From the IMG/VR virus record IMGVR_UViG_3300028914_000059, positions 96,001-160,000 of that record: a DNA stretch of 64,000 nucleotides. The stretch is one strand, 5' to 3'. Positions 8,611 to 18,865 of the stretch are shown here, in pieces. Within the stretch, counting starts at the first letter, position 1. Each line of letters begins with the position of its first letter. Made by a program: the position numbers and the translations under genes. The DNA is from a virus (lineage: Duplodnaviria > Caudoviricetes). A model generated the notes under the pieces. The model was not told where the DNA came from. It did not search any database and saw only the letters and a program-made list of their open reading frames with translations.

Positions 8611-11067
8611 TCACACCGTAGTCTTTATTATAATATCACCAAGTACAGCGGTTCCTCGTTTACCTGGTGTTGCAGATACTATAATAGTTTCATCAGCTGC
8701 CATCGGGACAGTCACTATATGGACTCCGCCGTTTAGATCTGCCGGGACATTTATACTCAGGTTAGTTCCTGATATCAGCATAGCGTTACCTATGCCACTA
8801 TTTATTATAGCATAACAGTCCTTCTGTGTGTTAATCTGAGCAACACTATCTTCTGGAGCAGCATTAACTTCATAGATACCATCAGTAGTTATGGCTTCCC
8901 ACTCAGGACTCATATAAACCTTACCGGCATCCCTGTCTGCTTCCCATTCGGACTGTCCACCTGTATACTCATTATAGACATAATAGCCGAAACGATTTCT
9001 GTTATAGTAACTTACATCATTCCTATACACCATAGAACTTTCAACTTTTTCCATTTCCGGGGCTGCTATCATACTGTATGTGGGATCGTTTCTAAGATAA
9101 TAAGTAACATTAGGATCTAATGGATCGGTAGATGGAATAACGGTGTATACCCCACTAGCTTCGGTATATAATGGTATCGTATATGTTGTATATACATTGC
9201 CAGCTGCAAGATCGGATTCCCAGGTTTCCTGATCTACATAAGTATAGGGTTCAACACTGGAGGTTACATACTGCACATTAGAATCATAGACTGTATCTTC
9301 CGGGACCACCTGTAAATATATGTTCTGTGCGTAGTATTCCAGTTCTCCCGAAGCTGCATCTGTTTCCCAAGTTTCCTGATCCACATATGTATATGATGTC
9401 CAGGAACTTTCTCCAGTCCTGGTATAGTATACCCTTGAGCCATCGTATTCATCTCCGGCACTGACTGTAGACGGGGATATGTAAGTCTGTGAATAGGTAT
9501 AGTCATTTCGTATAAAATAGGGCTTGGTGTCATCATAGGGAGCCCCGGATGATACCGGTTGGTAATTCAATACGGACGCACTTAAAACACTGTAGCCTGA
9601 ACCTAATCTTTTAGATGAACTGTTCTGCAGGTTCTGCATCTCCTGCGAGATAGAGGATATATTTCTAGAGTTAGTGTCTATGCCGCTGTATATAGAAGTC
9701 AAATCACTGTTGATACTGGAAACATCTGCAGCCACCCCTGCTATAGCATCTGTATTGGAAGATATATCGCCACTAAGACTTGTTTCTAATTGGGTAATAG
9801 AACTATTAATACCTGGTATTGTTGTATTGTCTAAAGTAGACAACCTGCTTAAAGCTAATGATGAATCTGTCTCTAGCTGAGTGACTCTTGTGTCAATAGC
9901 ACCTATGCTATTATTTATAGCAGTCTCTGCCAGACCACGATTAGTTACCTCATCAGCCAGGTCACTAGAAACCTGTGATATATTGCCAACAGCAGTATTT
10001 AAGTCATCAGCCACACCTGATGTAGCTTCCTGCAGGTCAGATATGTCAGACTGAGCCTGAGTCATATCTCCCTGTAAAGCATCAACATCTGTTCTCAAAT
10101 CAGCAATACCTGAATTGCCAGACCCTTCGCCGATACCTGCAGCATTCTCAAGAGCCAACACACGACCTTCTACAAACGATATAGAGTTCCTTGTAGACAA
10201 AATACCCTGTTCTGCTCCAGCTATACGCTGTTCGTGGCCAGCAAAATCGGGTTCCCCCTCTGGATCATTTGTTCGTCCATTCACAGTAAGTTCTAAAGCA
10301 TCGAGACGGTCCCCATTACCATCTATACGTAAACCTATAGCAGTATCAGCACTTTCCAGATCCTGAACGTCGAGTTGCAAATCACTGATCTGAGTTCCAT
10401 AACCACCCAATGTGCTATCCAGGCCAGAAAACTCATTAATGAAATCAGTGTGTCCGGCCACAGTCTGTTGCAACTGGCCTATATCAGTAGCTTGAGATAC
10501 CAGACTCTGTGTGTGACCTGCAACAACATCCTTGAGGCCAGTAGTTGTAGTATTCAAATCATGCTCAATGTCAGAAATCCTGGTCTCGATACCAGGCTGT
10601 GCATTTTCAAGAGTTGTTATCCTATTACCCTGACTAGTTATGTTGCCTTCCGCTATTCCAAGGTCAGTTTCAAGAGTAGTGGCCCTGCCTTCTACAGCGG
10701 TAGCTCTGCCTTCCAGGGACGACACTCGCATTCGTACAGAATTCAGATCTGACAGGCCTAACTCATATCTATCCCTGTCTCCATCCCGAAACTGCGACTG
10801 AAACATAACGGCACTTATTGTCAACTGGCCATTATCATCTTCATTTATTATAATATTATCTCCAGCATTGTATAGTGCTGTGGACACAGTCATCTGGCCT
10901 TCACTGTTAAATAGTATAGTATTCCCATCACATTTAGCTGTTATCTGATAAACTTCGTTATCTACATTGATACCATCGCCACCGATATATCTATAACCTG
11001 CAGGGTTGGTGCTGGCGTTCATAGAGGCGCTGGTTCTTTCTATTGACATGTTTGTTAATAAAGACAT
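8611..11067 (-). CDS. Coiled-coil tail fibre/spike protein
   Basis: 818 aa; long heptad region (RVSSLEGRATAVEGRATTLE...) and Tyr-rich C-terminal repeats (YTYVDQETWExD). Confidence 0.7.
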   Translation of the reverse strand: MSLLTNMSIERTSASMNASTNPAGYRYIGGDGINVDNEVYQITAKCDGNTILFNSEGQMTVSTALYNAGDNIIINEDDNGQLTISAVMFQSQFRDGDRDRYELGLSDLNSVRMRVSSLEGRATAVEGRATTLETDLGIAEGNITSQGNRITTLENAQPGIETRISDIEHDLNTTTTGLKDVVAGHTQSLVSQATDIGQLQQTVAGHTDFINEFSGLDSTLGGYGTQISDLQLDVQDLESADTAIGLRIDGNGDRLDALELTVNGRTNDPEGEPDFAGHEQRIAGAEQGILSTRNSISFVEGRVLALENAAGIGEGSGNSGIADLRTDVDALQGDMTQAQSDISDLQEATSGVADDLNTAVGNISQVSSDLADEVTNRGLAETAINNSIGAIDTRVTQLETDSSLALSRLSTLDNTTIPGINSSITQLETSLSGDISSNTDAIAGVAADVSSINSDLTSIYSGIDTNSRNISSISQEMQNLQNSSSKRLGSGYSVLSASVLNYQPVSSGAPYDDTKPYFIRNDYTYSQTYISPSTVSAGDEYDGSRVYYTRTGESSWTSYTYVDQETWETDAASGELEYYAQNIYLQVVPEDTVYDSNVQYVTSSVEPYTYVDQETWESDLAAGNVYTTYTIPLYTEASGVYTVIPSTDPLDPNVTYYLRNDPTYSMIAAPEMEKVESSMVYRNDVSYYNRNRFGYYVYNEYTGGQSEWEADRDAGKVYMSPEWEAITTDGIYEVNAAPEDSVAQINTQKDCYAIINSGIGNAMLISGTNLSINVPADLNGGVHIVTVPMAADETIIVSATPGKRGTAVLGDIIIKTTV

Positions 11068-14000
11068 TAGAAATGACCTACCCTTTCATTGCTTAAGTCA
11101 GTGGCACTGTCTACAATATAGAAAGTGTCATTGAATGAGGCTGCAACCATAGGAACAGAGCCTCTGTTGTCGTATACACCTATATTAACCTGGAACTGTT
11201 CACCAGGAAGTCTCCAGGTTTCTACATTACTAGTTAAAATATATTTACCAGGCTGAGTTGTATCTTTTTCTATATTTAAGGTTATTCTCAAGCCATTTTC
11301 AAATAAGGCATCAGAATACATATCCGAAACTGGATAATCTACCAGCTCACCCTCTTCATATAGAGTTGTTTCTATCTTAAACGTTTCACCACGTATAATA
11401 GTTTTTGCTCTGTCTAATTCCACGGTCCGCCTCCATTCCAGCTCCAGTGTATCTGCATAGGATGATTCATCCAGTGTCAGTGCACTATCATCCATCGTAA
11501 TATCTGACTCTTCATCATGTATAAATCCCTGTGGCACTATGTCGTCAAAGCCCATTTCACCATCGGAAGTAAAATAAAAAATAAACTGGAGATCGTCATC
11601 CATCTGTGGCGTTGTGTCTAACAAGCCATCATCACAAGTGTGGACATCACCTTCATCATCGTGATACCACAAGCCTGCACCATACTCAGGCAATATAATC
11701 CATTTGCCTGTGGCAGAGTCATACTCTTTGACCCCTAATGGATAATCTGCAAAATTCTCAGTCCATGTAAAATGAATGTCTGAGTCTACTGCAAATACAT
11801 CATCAGATATATTAAAAGCATACTGAAAAATATATTTAGTATATGCCGGCTTAACCGCATCCAGGAATGCCCTGAGCACTCCCATCTGGGCTTCATCGCC
11901 AGCCCACTTAGAGCTGTCTATTTTTACAGTAAATGTAAAATGCTGCAGGAAATACTTGTCCAAACATTCTTCAGAAGCGAATGAGTCCAAAGTGCCGGTA
12001 GTATCGTTAGGTATATTGCCATCCAGATACATGCCGCCGGCTAGTTCACATGTGTCACGGTTTTCATCCTCATTACCAGAGTATTCATCCCACCAGGCCG
12101 GATAGTTGATATAGTCATATACCTTTACAGCATTAGTCATCGGATCAAACTTGACTACATTCTGACCCCTGACTATCTCAACTGACTCATTACCTAAATA
12201 AGTATAATCAGTACCATTGATGTTAACTATGGTGCTAGCGTCTTCCAGCTTTTCAACAATGTCACCAACCTGAATAAAGTCAAATGCCTCATCCGGCAAT
12301 CTCACCAGAGTTTCATACTGCATTACTATAGAGTCTGCAGTGAGATCATGTATTCTATATTCAGTCTTGAGTTGTGCCCTGATGGCATCAGGTATATCAT
12401 CCACTGTTACTGTGGATCTGACAACTTCTACATCAGTGCTGCCATCTTCATGAGCTTCTACATCATTTATCACATCACCAGCCTGGAACTGAGATGCTAT
12501 ATCAACTGGCAGGATGCAGGTTGTGGCGTTGGCAAATGTCACTGACATCTTATAGTCACGATTGATTGGATCCGGCTTATGAACTTCCTTTATATATGAG
12601 CCGATCATTATCTTATCCATAAGTTCCTTAGCATGATTCCTGGCCTGGGGTGTGTCTTCCAGAGCTACAGGAATCACATAATCCTTATAGATAGATATGA
12701 ATGGATCGTGCACAGATGCTATAGTATAATCCTTGGCATACGCAGAAATACATGGGTCATCAGGAACCTGAGTTCCAACTTCCAGACCTTCTGTGGTCTC
12801 TGGTCTCAAGCCATTGATAACATGCGATATGGTTATAGTGTAGTTTTCATAGTCTACATCTATAACCGGAGCATTCAACGGTATGACATATGACTTCTGC
12901 AGGGCCATGTAAGGCCAGCTGGTTGGGACTACAGTGTAGTCACTGGCATAGGCTGGGACGCATGGGTCAACTGGTGCAGGATCACCGACATCTGGATGAT
13001 TTCCATCCTGAGGATAGAGTCCATCTATCTTATGGATAATGCTGAATACTCTGTCATCTTCATAATCTTCGCCAAATGATAGTCCTGAATGTTCCAGTTC
13101 TATCTCAACATCCGGTGTCTTGATATAGTATTCACCGTCTTCAGCTGTGACACCATCACCAAGACATAATTTGCCTTCCTGCCATGAAGTGAATGCAACA
13201 TCTTTATCGGCTGTGAAGCTTGCTGCTTCTACATTTGACATGGTTATTTTCGAAAAAATCTTGAAACTAACGCTGTCTTCAGATGCTAAATTTACGATTT
13301 CTGTACCCTTTGTCAATTTTGCGATCAATTCTGAGTCTGCTGGCACAGAAATGGTGGTTATATACTTCACTCGATGGTAGGCTGCATCAACAGCGGATAT
13401 GCGGGCACCCTGAATCAATGAATTGAAGCAGTCCTGAGACACCTCAAAGGAATGCCCACCAATAGCGGCTTTGTGCTTGTTTATAGTGATATCTGAAACG
13501 ATACCAGTAGTTTCAACAAATGGCAAATCAGTTAAAATGGTTATGCCCTTAGTCATACTATCTACAGATGCACCATTCCAGAATGAATACCACAAGCCCT
13601 GCACTTGTCGCAGATATGAATATGAGTCAGTGCCATAAATGCCAATAAGACAGCCGAAGTTGTCGTATATAGTGTGCAGGTCACGTATGGACTGATTAGT
13701 CCATAGGTTTTTATATGGCTGAGTCTTAAAACTTATAGTTCTAGCATCCTGGTCAACAACAAAATCGGTGCCAGGATAATATTTTACAGCATCTACACTG
13801 ATGCCTGCAGGGAAAAAGAACCTGTCCTCGTAGGATATTACGTCATCAGGGGCATATATCTTATCACCAGGCAATCTGTTCTCTCCAGACGGCAGTGTCA
13901 ATACATCGGAATCAGCGCCAACAGATGTGTAGTTAGGTAGAACAGTTACTTCTCTAGGCCCTTCGGCAAGCATGACTACGTCACGTATGCCGTCAGGCAG

Positions 14001-14267
14001 AGAATAAGTATATGGATATGAGGCTTCAGCGTCATAGGAAACAAGCGTACTGCTATCACATGTGACTTTTTCCCAGTCACTTATCCAATCATAAGGTATT
14101 GTCTCGATAGATTTTGATAATTCTACCTGATACATCTGATAATACAGATTTTCCACAACTTTGCAATAGCCTCTCCAAAGCTGTGAGACTGATTCTGTAT
14201 CATCAAAAGACTGCCAGAAATCAGATACTGCATCCCAGATATAATTTACATTAAGTTCGTTCTTCAT
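11067..14267 (-). CDS. Baseplate wedge-like protein
   Basis: 1066 aa, acidic; 'LRQVQGLWYSFWNGAS' and 'FLDAVKPAYT' motifs typical of baseplate wedge subunits; internal repeat DPCxxAYAxDYT. Confidence 0.65.
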   Translation of the reverse strand: MKNELNVNYIWDAVSDFWQSFDDTESVSQLWRGYCKVVENLYYQMYQVELSKSIETIPYDWISDWEKVTCDSSTLVSYDAEASYPYTYSLPDGIRDVVMLAEGPREVTVLPNYTSVGADSDVLTLPSGENRLPGDKIYAPDDVISYEDRFFFPAGISVDAVKYYPGTDFVVDQDARTISFKTQPYKNLWTNQSIRDLHTIYDNFGCLIGIYGTDSYSYLRQVQGLWYSFWNGASVDSMTKGITILTDLPFVETTGIVSDITINKHKAAIGGHSFEVSQDCFNSLIQGARISAVDAAYHRVKYITTISVPADSELIAKLTKGTEIVNLASEDSVSFKIFSKITMSNVEAASFTADKDVAFTSWQEGKLCLGDGVTAEDGEYYIKTPDVEIELEHSGLSFGEDYEDDRVFSIIHKIDGLYPQDGNHPDVGDPAPVDPCVPAYASDYTVVPTSWPYMALQKSYVIPLNAPVIDVDYENYTITISHVINGLRPETTEGLEVGTQVPDDPCISAYAKDYTIASVHDPFISIYKDYVIPVALEDTPQARNHAKELMDKIMIGSYIKEVHKPDPINRDYKMSVTFANATTCILPVDIASQFQAGDVINDVEAHEDGSTDVEVVRSTVTVDDIPDAIRAQLKTEYRIHDLTADSIVMQYETLVRLPDEAFDFIQVGDIVEKLEDASTIVNINGTDYTYLGNESVEIVRGQNVVKFDPMTNAVKVYDYINYPAWWDEYSGNEDENRDTCELAGGMYLDGNIPNDTTGTLDSFASEECLDKYFLQHFTFTVKIDSSKWAGDEAQMGVLRAFLDAVKPAYTKYIFQYAFNISDDVFAVDSDIHFTWTENFADYPLGVKEYDSATGKWIILPEYGAGLWYHDDEGDVHTCDDGLLDTTPQMDDDLQFIFYFTSDGEMGFDDIVPQGFIHDEESDITMDDSALTLDESSYADTLELEWRRTVELDRAKTIIRGETFKIETTLYEEGELVDYPVSDMYSDALFENGLRITLNIEKDTTQPGKYILTSNVETWRLPGEQFQVNIGVYDNRGSVPMVAASFNDTFYIVDSATDLSNERVGHF

Positions 14268-14273
14268 ATCAGA

Positions 14274-14302
14274 TATATACCTTTACTGATCACATATGTC
14301 AA
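14274..14302 (-). promoter_or_regulatory. Sigma70-type promoter TTGACA-N17-TATATA (probably gives leaderless mRNA)
   Basis: -10 ends 6 nt before the ATG at 14267; no SD present. Confidence 0.65.
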
Positions 14303-14822
14303 TGATTGACCTGACTGCCACAAGTGTGGTAACTTATATCTATTATGCCCCAAATCAACAAAAATATCAATACAAAACAATATAGCACAGGGCTATATAG
14401 CTCTGAGCATAAGTTTGATGATACTATGGCACGCCTGGCAGCTGTAATAACCTCATCAAAACGAGATTTTTGTGATATTATAAGGGGCAGAAGAGATATT
14501 TTTCCATCATATATCACCAAAAACCTCCATCAAACCTTGGATAAGTCAAAGAACAAGGACGAAATATTATATTGCTGGGAACTTTTCAAACATCCAGAAG
14601 AACTATTTGATGTGGGCACAAGCTTGAGCAGAGATGATGAAGTTCAAATAACAGTTAAAATCAACGATTTTTGCCAAAAAAAGACAAAAAATACAGATTT
14701 AGTGTCAAATTTTATTAAAAATGTGTCATTTTACGGCCAAAGCTTCATTTTTTATAACATTTTTGATAGAATTGGGATTCGACCCACCCTTTAAACCTAG
14801 CATCCAGAGCCGATCCTAGAAG

Positions 14823-14853
14823 TTATCCACAAGTTATCCACAAGTTATCCACA
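14823..14853 (+). repeat. Three tandem perfect DnaA boxes (TTATCCACA, 11-bp period)
   Basis: TTATCCACA at 14823, 14834, 14845. Confidence 0.85.
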
Positions 14854-14859
14854 ACCCTA

Positions 14860-15720
14860 AAACATTTATCAATTTTTTGATAATAGTAAAAATGTGCACT
14901 TTTCACACGTTTTAGCCTTTTCTAATAAAATTAGAATATTATAATTAAATTTATTTGTATCTAATTTGTGAATTATGTACGAAAAAATGCAGGTACGAAT
15001 ACAAAGGGTACAGAAAAATTTGTCCCGCATTATCAGACACTTCTATTCGTACCCTTGGCACTCTTTAGAACTTTAAGCCAAAAAATAAATCGCCAAAAAC
15101 GACAAAAATGTGAATGGAGTTTCAAAAAATGCTGTTTTTTAAGGTACCCTGCATGAATTTTCTATAAAAATTTCTCAAAAAGTGAGATTTTTAACAAAAA
15201 GTAGCCTCTGTAACAAGCATAAACAGCCAATTTTTAAGCAAAAATATGACAACCATGCACCTTAGCTAAAAAATGTGAATTTGCTTTTTGAGGGTCAATG
15301 TACGAACTTTTGAAAAAATGCCTAGCTCAGAATAATAAAAAGATAGACTTTCGAGTTATTCAAACTTTTTAAAAACAAAAAGTAGGGATTTTTTGATTTT
15401 TTACACCTATATAAGTATATTAGAGATTTTTTAATATATATTTATATAAATTTAATAAAAAAATAAAATAATATATGCCTATATAGTTGGTGAAAGTGCC
15501 AGAATCCCTACTTTTCCAAAATTTTTCCTTTATTTTTGATATTTTTCTTTACTCTTTTTATTATGTATAGTATACTGTAGCTGGTTGGTCCTTCTAAAAT
15601 GCCGTACCATAGGGGTACACCACCAAATTCACATTTATATGCCTACCCCAGTATTTTCTATACATTGCTACGCTAGGGTATAAGCAAAGTAGTTTATAGT
15701 GCGGGTTTCAGCCCCTCACA
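14860..15720. other. AT-rich non-coding putative replication origin
   Basis: Very AT-rich, at the coding-strand switch, bracketed by DnaA-box clusters, contains inverted repeat 15378-15390/15503-15515. Confidence 0.6.
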
Positions 15721-15739
15721 ATTTTTAAGGAGGTCAAAG

Positions 15740-16711
15740 ATGACTATCAAAAAACTGATAACAGATAAAAAGTTATCCACAAGTTATCCACAACCTGTGG
15801 ATAACTCTTACAATGAAAACCTGGAAGCCGTTCTGGATCTTATTTTTGGTCCAAAACAGGATATAGGTAAGGCTAAGGCTATATTTTTCTCAGAACTGGA
15901 CAGAGCGAATGTTCAGGGCGAAATTTATGATCTTGCCAACACCGTTTTTAATGCTGTCAGTACTTATCTAGGTAATCGTTCTTGTGAAAGCAAGGATTTA
16001 TCCGATAAGGATAAACAGCTTCTTAAAGATTTAGACAATGTCGGCAATGCTGTAAAGATTGAACCCGTTAAAGATGATGTTAAATCCCGATTGGTTCGTA
16101 TTCTTAGTAGTAATATAAAAGAGGGGAAGATTTTAGGAATGTTTCCAACAGGAGATTGCCTCTATATCTGTAAGCACTGGGATGAGGCCAAGACTATTCC
16201 TGGTTTTGTTAAATTTACAGAAGATGGATTGGAGCCAGTTGTTAAAGACGATGAATCTAATTTCTCTACAGCATATGCTATAGTAGTAGACGCGGAAGAT
16301 CTTCCGAAGCAGTTTGTAGAGGACATGGACCCTATAAAAGCTCTAGAACAGCTATTTACTAGTAGTAAAATAACTAAGACTGAAAATGATGAACTCATTA
16401 ATAATGTATTTGCTACAGATGGTAAACTTATAGATGTTGTTATAGACTGGCCAAGCGGGACAGTCTCCATCGACAACACCAACGAGATGTTCAGTTATAT
16501 AGACTTTGGCGGAATTGCTACATGTCTGAGTAATATAGCCTATGATAAAGAAAGTGATAAATGGCCTGCAGGATCTTTCAAATTCATGGGTTATCGTTAT
16601 GCTGACAGTAATACCATCAGATACCCTGTCTCTATCAGCGAACTTTGTGACTTTGGCAGCAAGAAGCCAATATCTCTTGTCTTCAAGTTTACAAAGGATC
16701 CTAGAGCATGA
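15740..16711 (+). CDS. Hypothetical protein (DnaA boxes in its 5' end)
   Basis: 323 aa, AAGGAGG RBS. Confidence 0.8.
   Translation: MTIKKLITDKKLSTSYPQPVDNSYNENLEAVLDLIFGPKQDIGKAKAIFFSELDRANVQGEIYDLANTVFNAVSTYLGNRSCESKDLSDKDKQLLKDLDNVGNAVKIEPVKDDVKSRLVRILSSNIKEGKILGMFPTGDCLYICKHWDEAKTIPGFVKFTEDGLEPVVKDDESNFSTAYAIVVDAEDLPKQFVEDMDPIKALEQLFTSSKITKTENDELINNVFATDGKLIDVVIDWPSGTVSIDNTNEMFSYIDFGGIATCLSNIAYDKESDKWPAGSFKFMGYRYADSNTIRYPVSISELCDFGSKKPISLVFKFTKDPRA
15773..15804. repeat. DnaA-box cluster (two direct, one inverted)
   Basis: TTATCCACA 15773 and 15784; TGTGGATAA 15796. Confidence 0.8.
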
Positions 16712-16968
16712 AAGACTATGCCGGAAATACTCTTAAGAAAGATTCTATAGTGCTGTTTCCGGTAGGTGCTCCGACTGAGCATGTGCTGGCCCCTCTATAT
16801 GAGGGGACAGTAGATGATATAGACGAGGACCTTGATATAGTAACAGTGCTGTATAAGAGCTCTAAGGGTAATATGCACTACTGTCGCAAGCCATGGCAGT
16901 GTGTCATTATAGGAGGTCCAGGCCATGCGGGTTCTCCCGGCAGACAACCAGACCAGGCCCATGAATGA
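16708..16968 (+). CDS. Hypothetical protein
   Basis: 86 aa, ATGA overlap with upstream gene. Confidence 0.7.
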   Translation: MKDYAGNTLKKDSIVLFPVGAPTEHVLAPLYEGTVDDIDEDLDIVTVLYKSSKGNMHYCRKPWQCVIIGGPGHAGSPGRQPDQAHE

Positions 16969-17221
16969 TGGGTTCAGCCTGGATAACTTGCAGGAAGATT
17001 TTGAAATGAGTTCAAGAGTCCTTGTGCAGAATGCTATGTATGAGGTCAACAGGATTCAGGACAAGATCTTATCTTTACGTAAAGAATTACATCGGGTCAC
17101 TGAAGATCTCAACAATCTATCCAGTGACCTGGATGTATTAACCAACATGTTAAGTAAAGCGGATGACAGCATGCTGACTGCTGGACATCTGCAGATGATA
17201 TCAAAAGGAGGAAAACAATGA
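16961..17221 (+). CDS. Hypothetical coiled-coil protein
   Basis: Probable start MNDGF overlapping previous stop; heptad pattern. Confidence 0.6.
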   Translation: MNDGFSLDNLQEDFEMSSRVLVQNAMYEVNRIQDKILSLRKELHRVTEDLNNLSSDLDVLTNMLSKADDSMLTAGHLQMISKGGKQ

Positions 17222-17574
17222 CATCGTTAGAGCGTGAACATTTCATCTCAGCTAATATGTTCCCAGTCAAAAGTCTTTCTGATTCTAAAAAATCAATTAT
17301 CAGAATGACTGACAATCTTACAGAATCGCCAGTATCTATATCTGCTGACAAGCAGGCCGCGGATTCCTGTTGTGGTGATCTTCTGGTAAAGCTTGACAGC
17401 ATGAAGGATTTGAAAACTTTTGCTAAGGCTGTGGCAGATGATATTGTTATAAAGGTAGACAAGGTCAATGGGGATATCCTAGGCCTTCTGGTTCTAAATA
17501 AAGATCTGGATCGTAAAAGTCTTGAGGTCCTTGATGAAGCATTCTATGAAAGCAGGAGATCTCATGATAGATAA
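17218..17574 (+). CDS. Hypothetical protein
   Basis: 118 aa, GGAGG RBS, ATGA overlap. Confidence 0.7.
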   Translation: MTSLEREHFISANMFPVKSLSDSKKSIIRMTDNLTESPVSISADKQAADSCCGDLLVKLDSMKDLKTFAKAVADDIVIKVDKVNGDILGLLVLNKDLDRKSLEVLDEAFYESRRSHDR

Positions 17575-18199
17575 TTTTGATAAGATTCAGAAATTTATAG
17601 AAGGCAGGAGCAGATCCTATAATACAGATCTGTTCTATCGTGTAGAAATAAAGCGTCATAAATATGATTATCCTGATGAGAATACTGAATGGCGCAATCG
17701 CACTATCACAACGTTCTGTGTTGCTAATGCTAAGGATCTGTTAAATTTGAAACCACGTATAGTTGAAATCTGTGATAGAATGTCTGCCAGAGCCGGCATT
17801 AAGGTGAACAGGACCAGCTATATGGATGCAGCAATAGGTGCCATGCGCAGAATATTGCAGTGTTTCCCGTTATCTTCTGAAGGTGCTAAGTCCGCATGGG
17901 ATTTCTGTGCTATGACTCTGAACAGCGAAGAAAAGGATGACAGATACTGGATTACCTATGTGCCGAGCTCTAGTGTAATGTGGTCTAAGGATGAAGATGA
18001 GCTGATCAGTAATTTCATTGACCATACGCAGATTCATTCTACATTGGATAAAATATTTGTTCTGAATGACAGTGAAGGAGTTCAGATACTTCATCCCCAG
18101 TTCAGAATGAATCAGGCAACTGAAACGATTCATGACCTTAAGGAAGAAGGCAAACTGGTAAAGAACAGCAGTGCTCTTCTATACTATAAGGGAGATTGA
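17564..18199 (+). CDS. Degenerate paralogue of AEP-like protein 37177..37809
   Basis: MIDNFDKI...FYRVEIKRHK...ICDRMSARAGI aligns with IDNIELI...YYIQIIARRK...HCEFEKARGYI; AGGAG RBS before 17564. Confidence 0.65.
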   Translation: MIDNFDKIQKFIEGRSRSYNTDLFYRVEIKRHKYDYPDENTEWRNRTITTFCVANAKDLLNLKPRIVEICDRMSARAGIKVNRTSYMDAAIGAMRRILQCFPLSSEGAKSAWDFCAMTLNSEEKDDRYWITYVPSSSVMWSKDEDELISNFIDHTQIHSTLDKIFVLNDSEGVQILHPQFRMNQATETIHDLKEEGKLVKNSSALLYYKGD

Positions 18200-18263
18200 C
18201 AGTAATGGCAGGGGCATGGTAACATGTCCCTGTTCAATTTTTTTACCATATGGAGGCAATAAT

Positions 18264-18821
18264 ATGTTGATTGGACTGTGTGGATATGCCAGATCCGGGA
18301 AAGATACTGTGGCATCCATGATGCCTGGGTTTCTTCATCATTCTTTTGCTGCAAAGCTTAAAGAGGAAGTGTCCACTATGTTGAATTCTGTTGGTATAGA
18401 AGCTAATTTTAATAACGAAGATACAAAAGTAGCCCTTAGGCCATTTCTTGTGTTCTGGGGCGCATTTAAACGTAAAGAAATACCGCTTTACTGGGTGAAC
18501 GGAATGCAGACTCACCTTACACCACATGAAGATCACGTCATTACTGATGTCAGATATCTCAATGAAGCTCAGTGGATAAAGGAACATGACGGTGAAGTCT
18601 GGTATATAGACAGACCTGGGATCGGTCCTGCCAATGACGAAGAAGCAAAGAGCTTTGCTGAAATCTTCAGGGAATGTGCTGTAGGCCATAATATATTTGA
18701 CAGAGTTATCCATAATAGAGCAGATCTGGAATATCTGAAGGGTGTTGTAAAGATGGAAACGGAACTTGCCAAAGGACATGAGCGCAGAAGACTGGACCCC
18801 GAATATCGTGTAGATTTTTAA
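18264..18821 (+). CDS. Deoxynucleoside monophosphate kinase
   Basis: P-loop IGLCGYARSGKDT, SFAAKLK, ITDVRYLNEA; GGAGG RBS. Confidence 0.9.
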   Translation: MLIGLCGYARSGKDTVASMMPGFLHHSFAAKLKEEVSTMLNSVGIEANFNNEDTKVALRPFLVFWGAFKRKEIPLYWVNGMQTHLTPHEDHVITDVRYLNEAQWIKEHDGEVWYIDRPGIGPANDEEAKSFAEIFRECAVGHNIFDRVIHNRADLEYLKGVVKMETELAKGHERRRLDPEYRVDF

Positions 18822-18829
18822 CGAACCCG

Positions 18830-18858
18830 TTGAATCATCATATAAATGATGGTATAAT
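18830..18858 (+). promoter_or_regulatory. Sigma70-type promoter of the tRNA/ncRNA operon
   Basis: TTGAAT-N17-TATAAT; spacer is itself an inverted repeat (CATCAT...ATGATG). Confidence 0.75.
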
Positions 18859-18865
18859 ATATTTG

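Noticed and set aside
14823-14853. CRISPR-like repeat
   Set aside because: 11-bp tandem units without spacers; they are DnaA boxes. No CRISPR array or cas gene seen in the window
14345-15156. ORFs 14345..14794 and 14968..15156
   Set aside because: No SD, low-complexity A-rich translation inside origin-like region; cannot be supported
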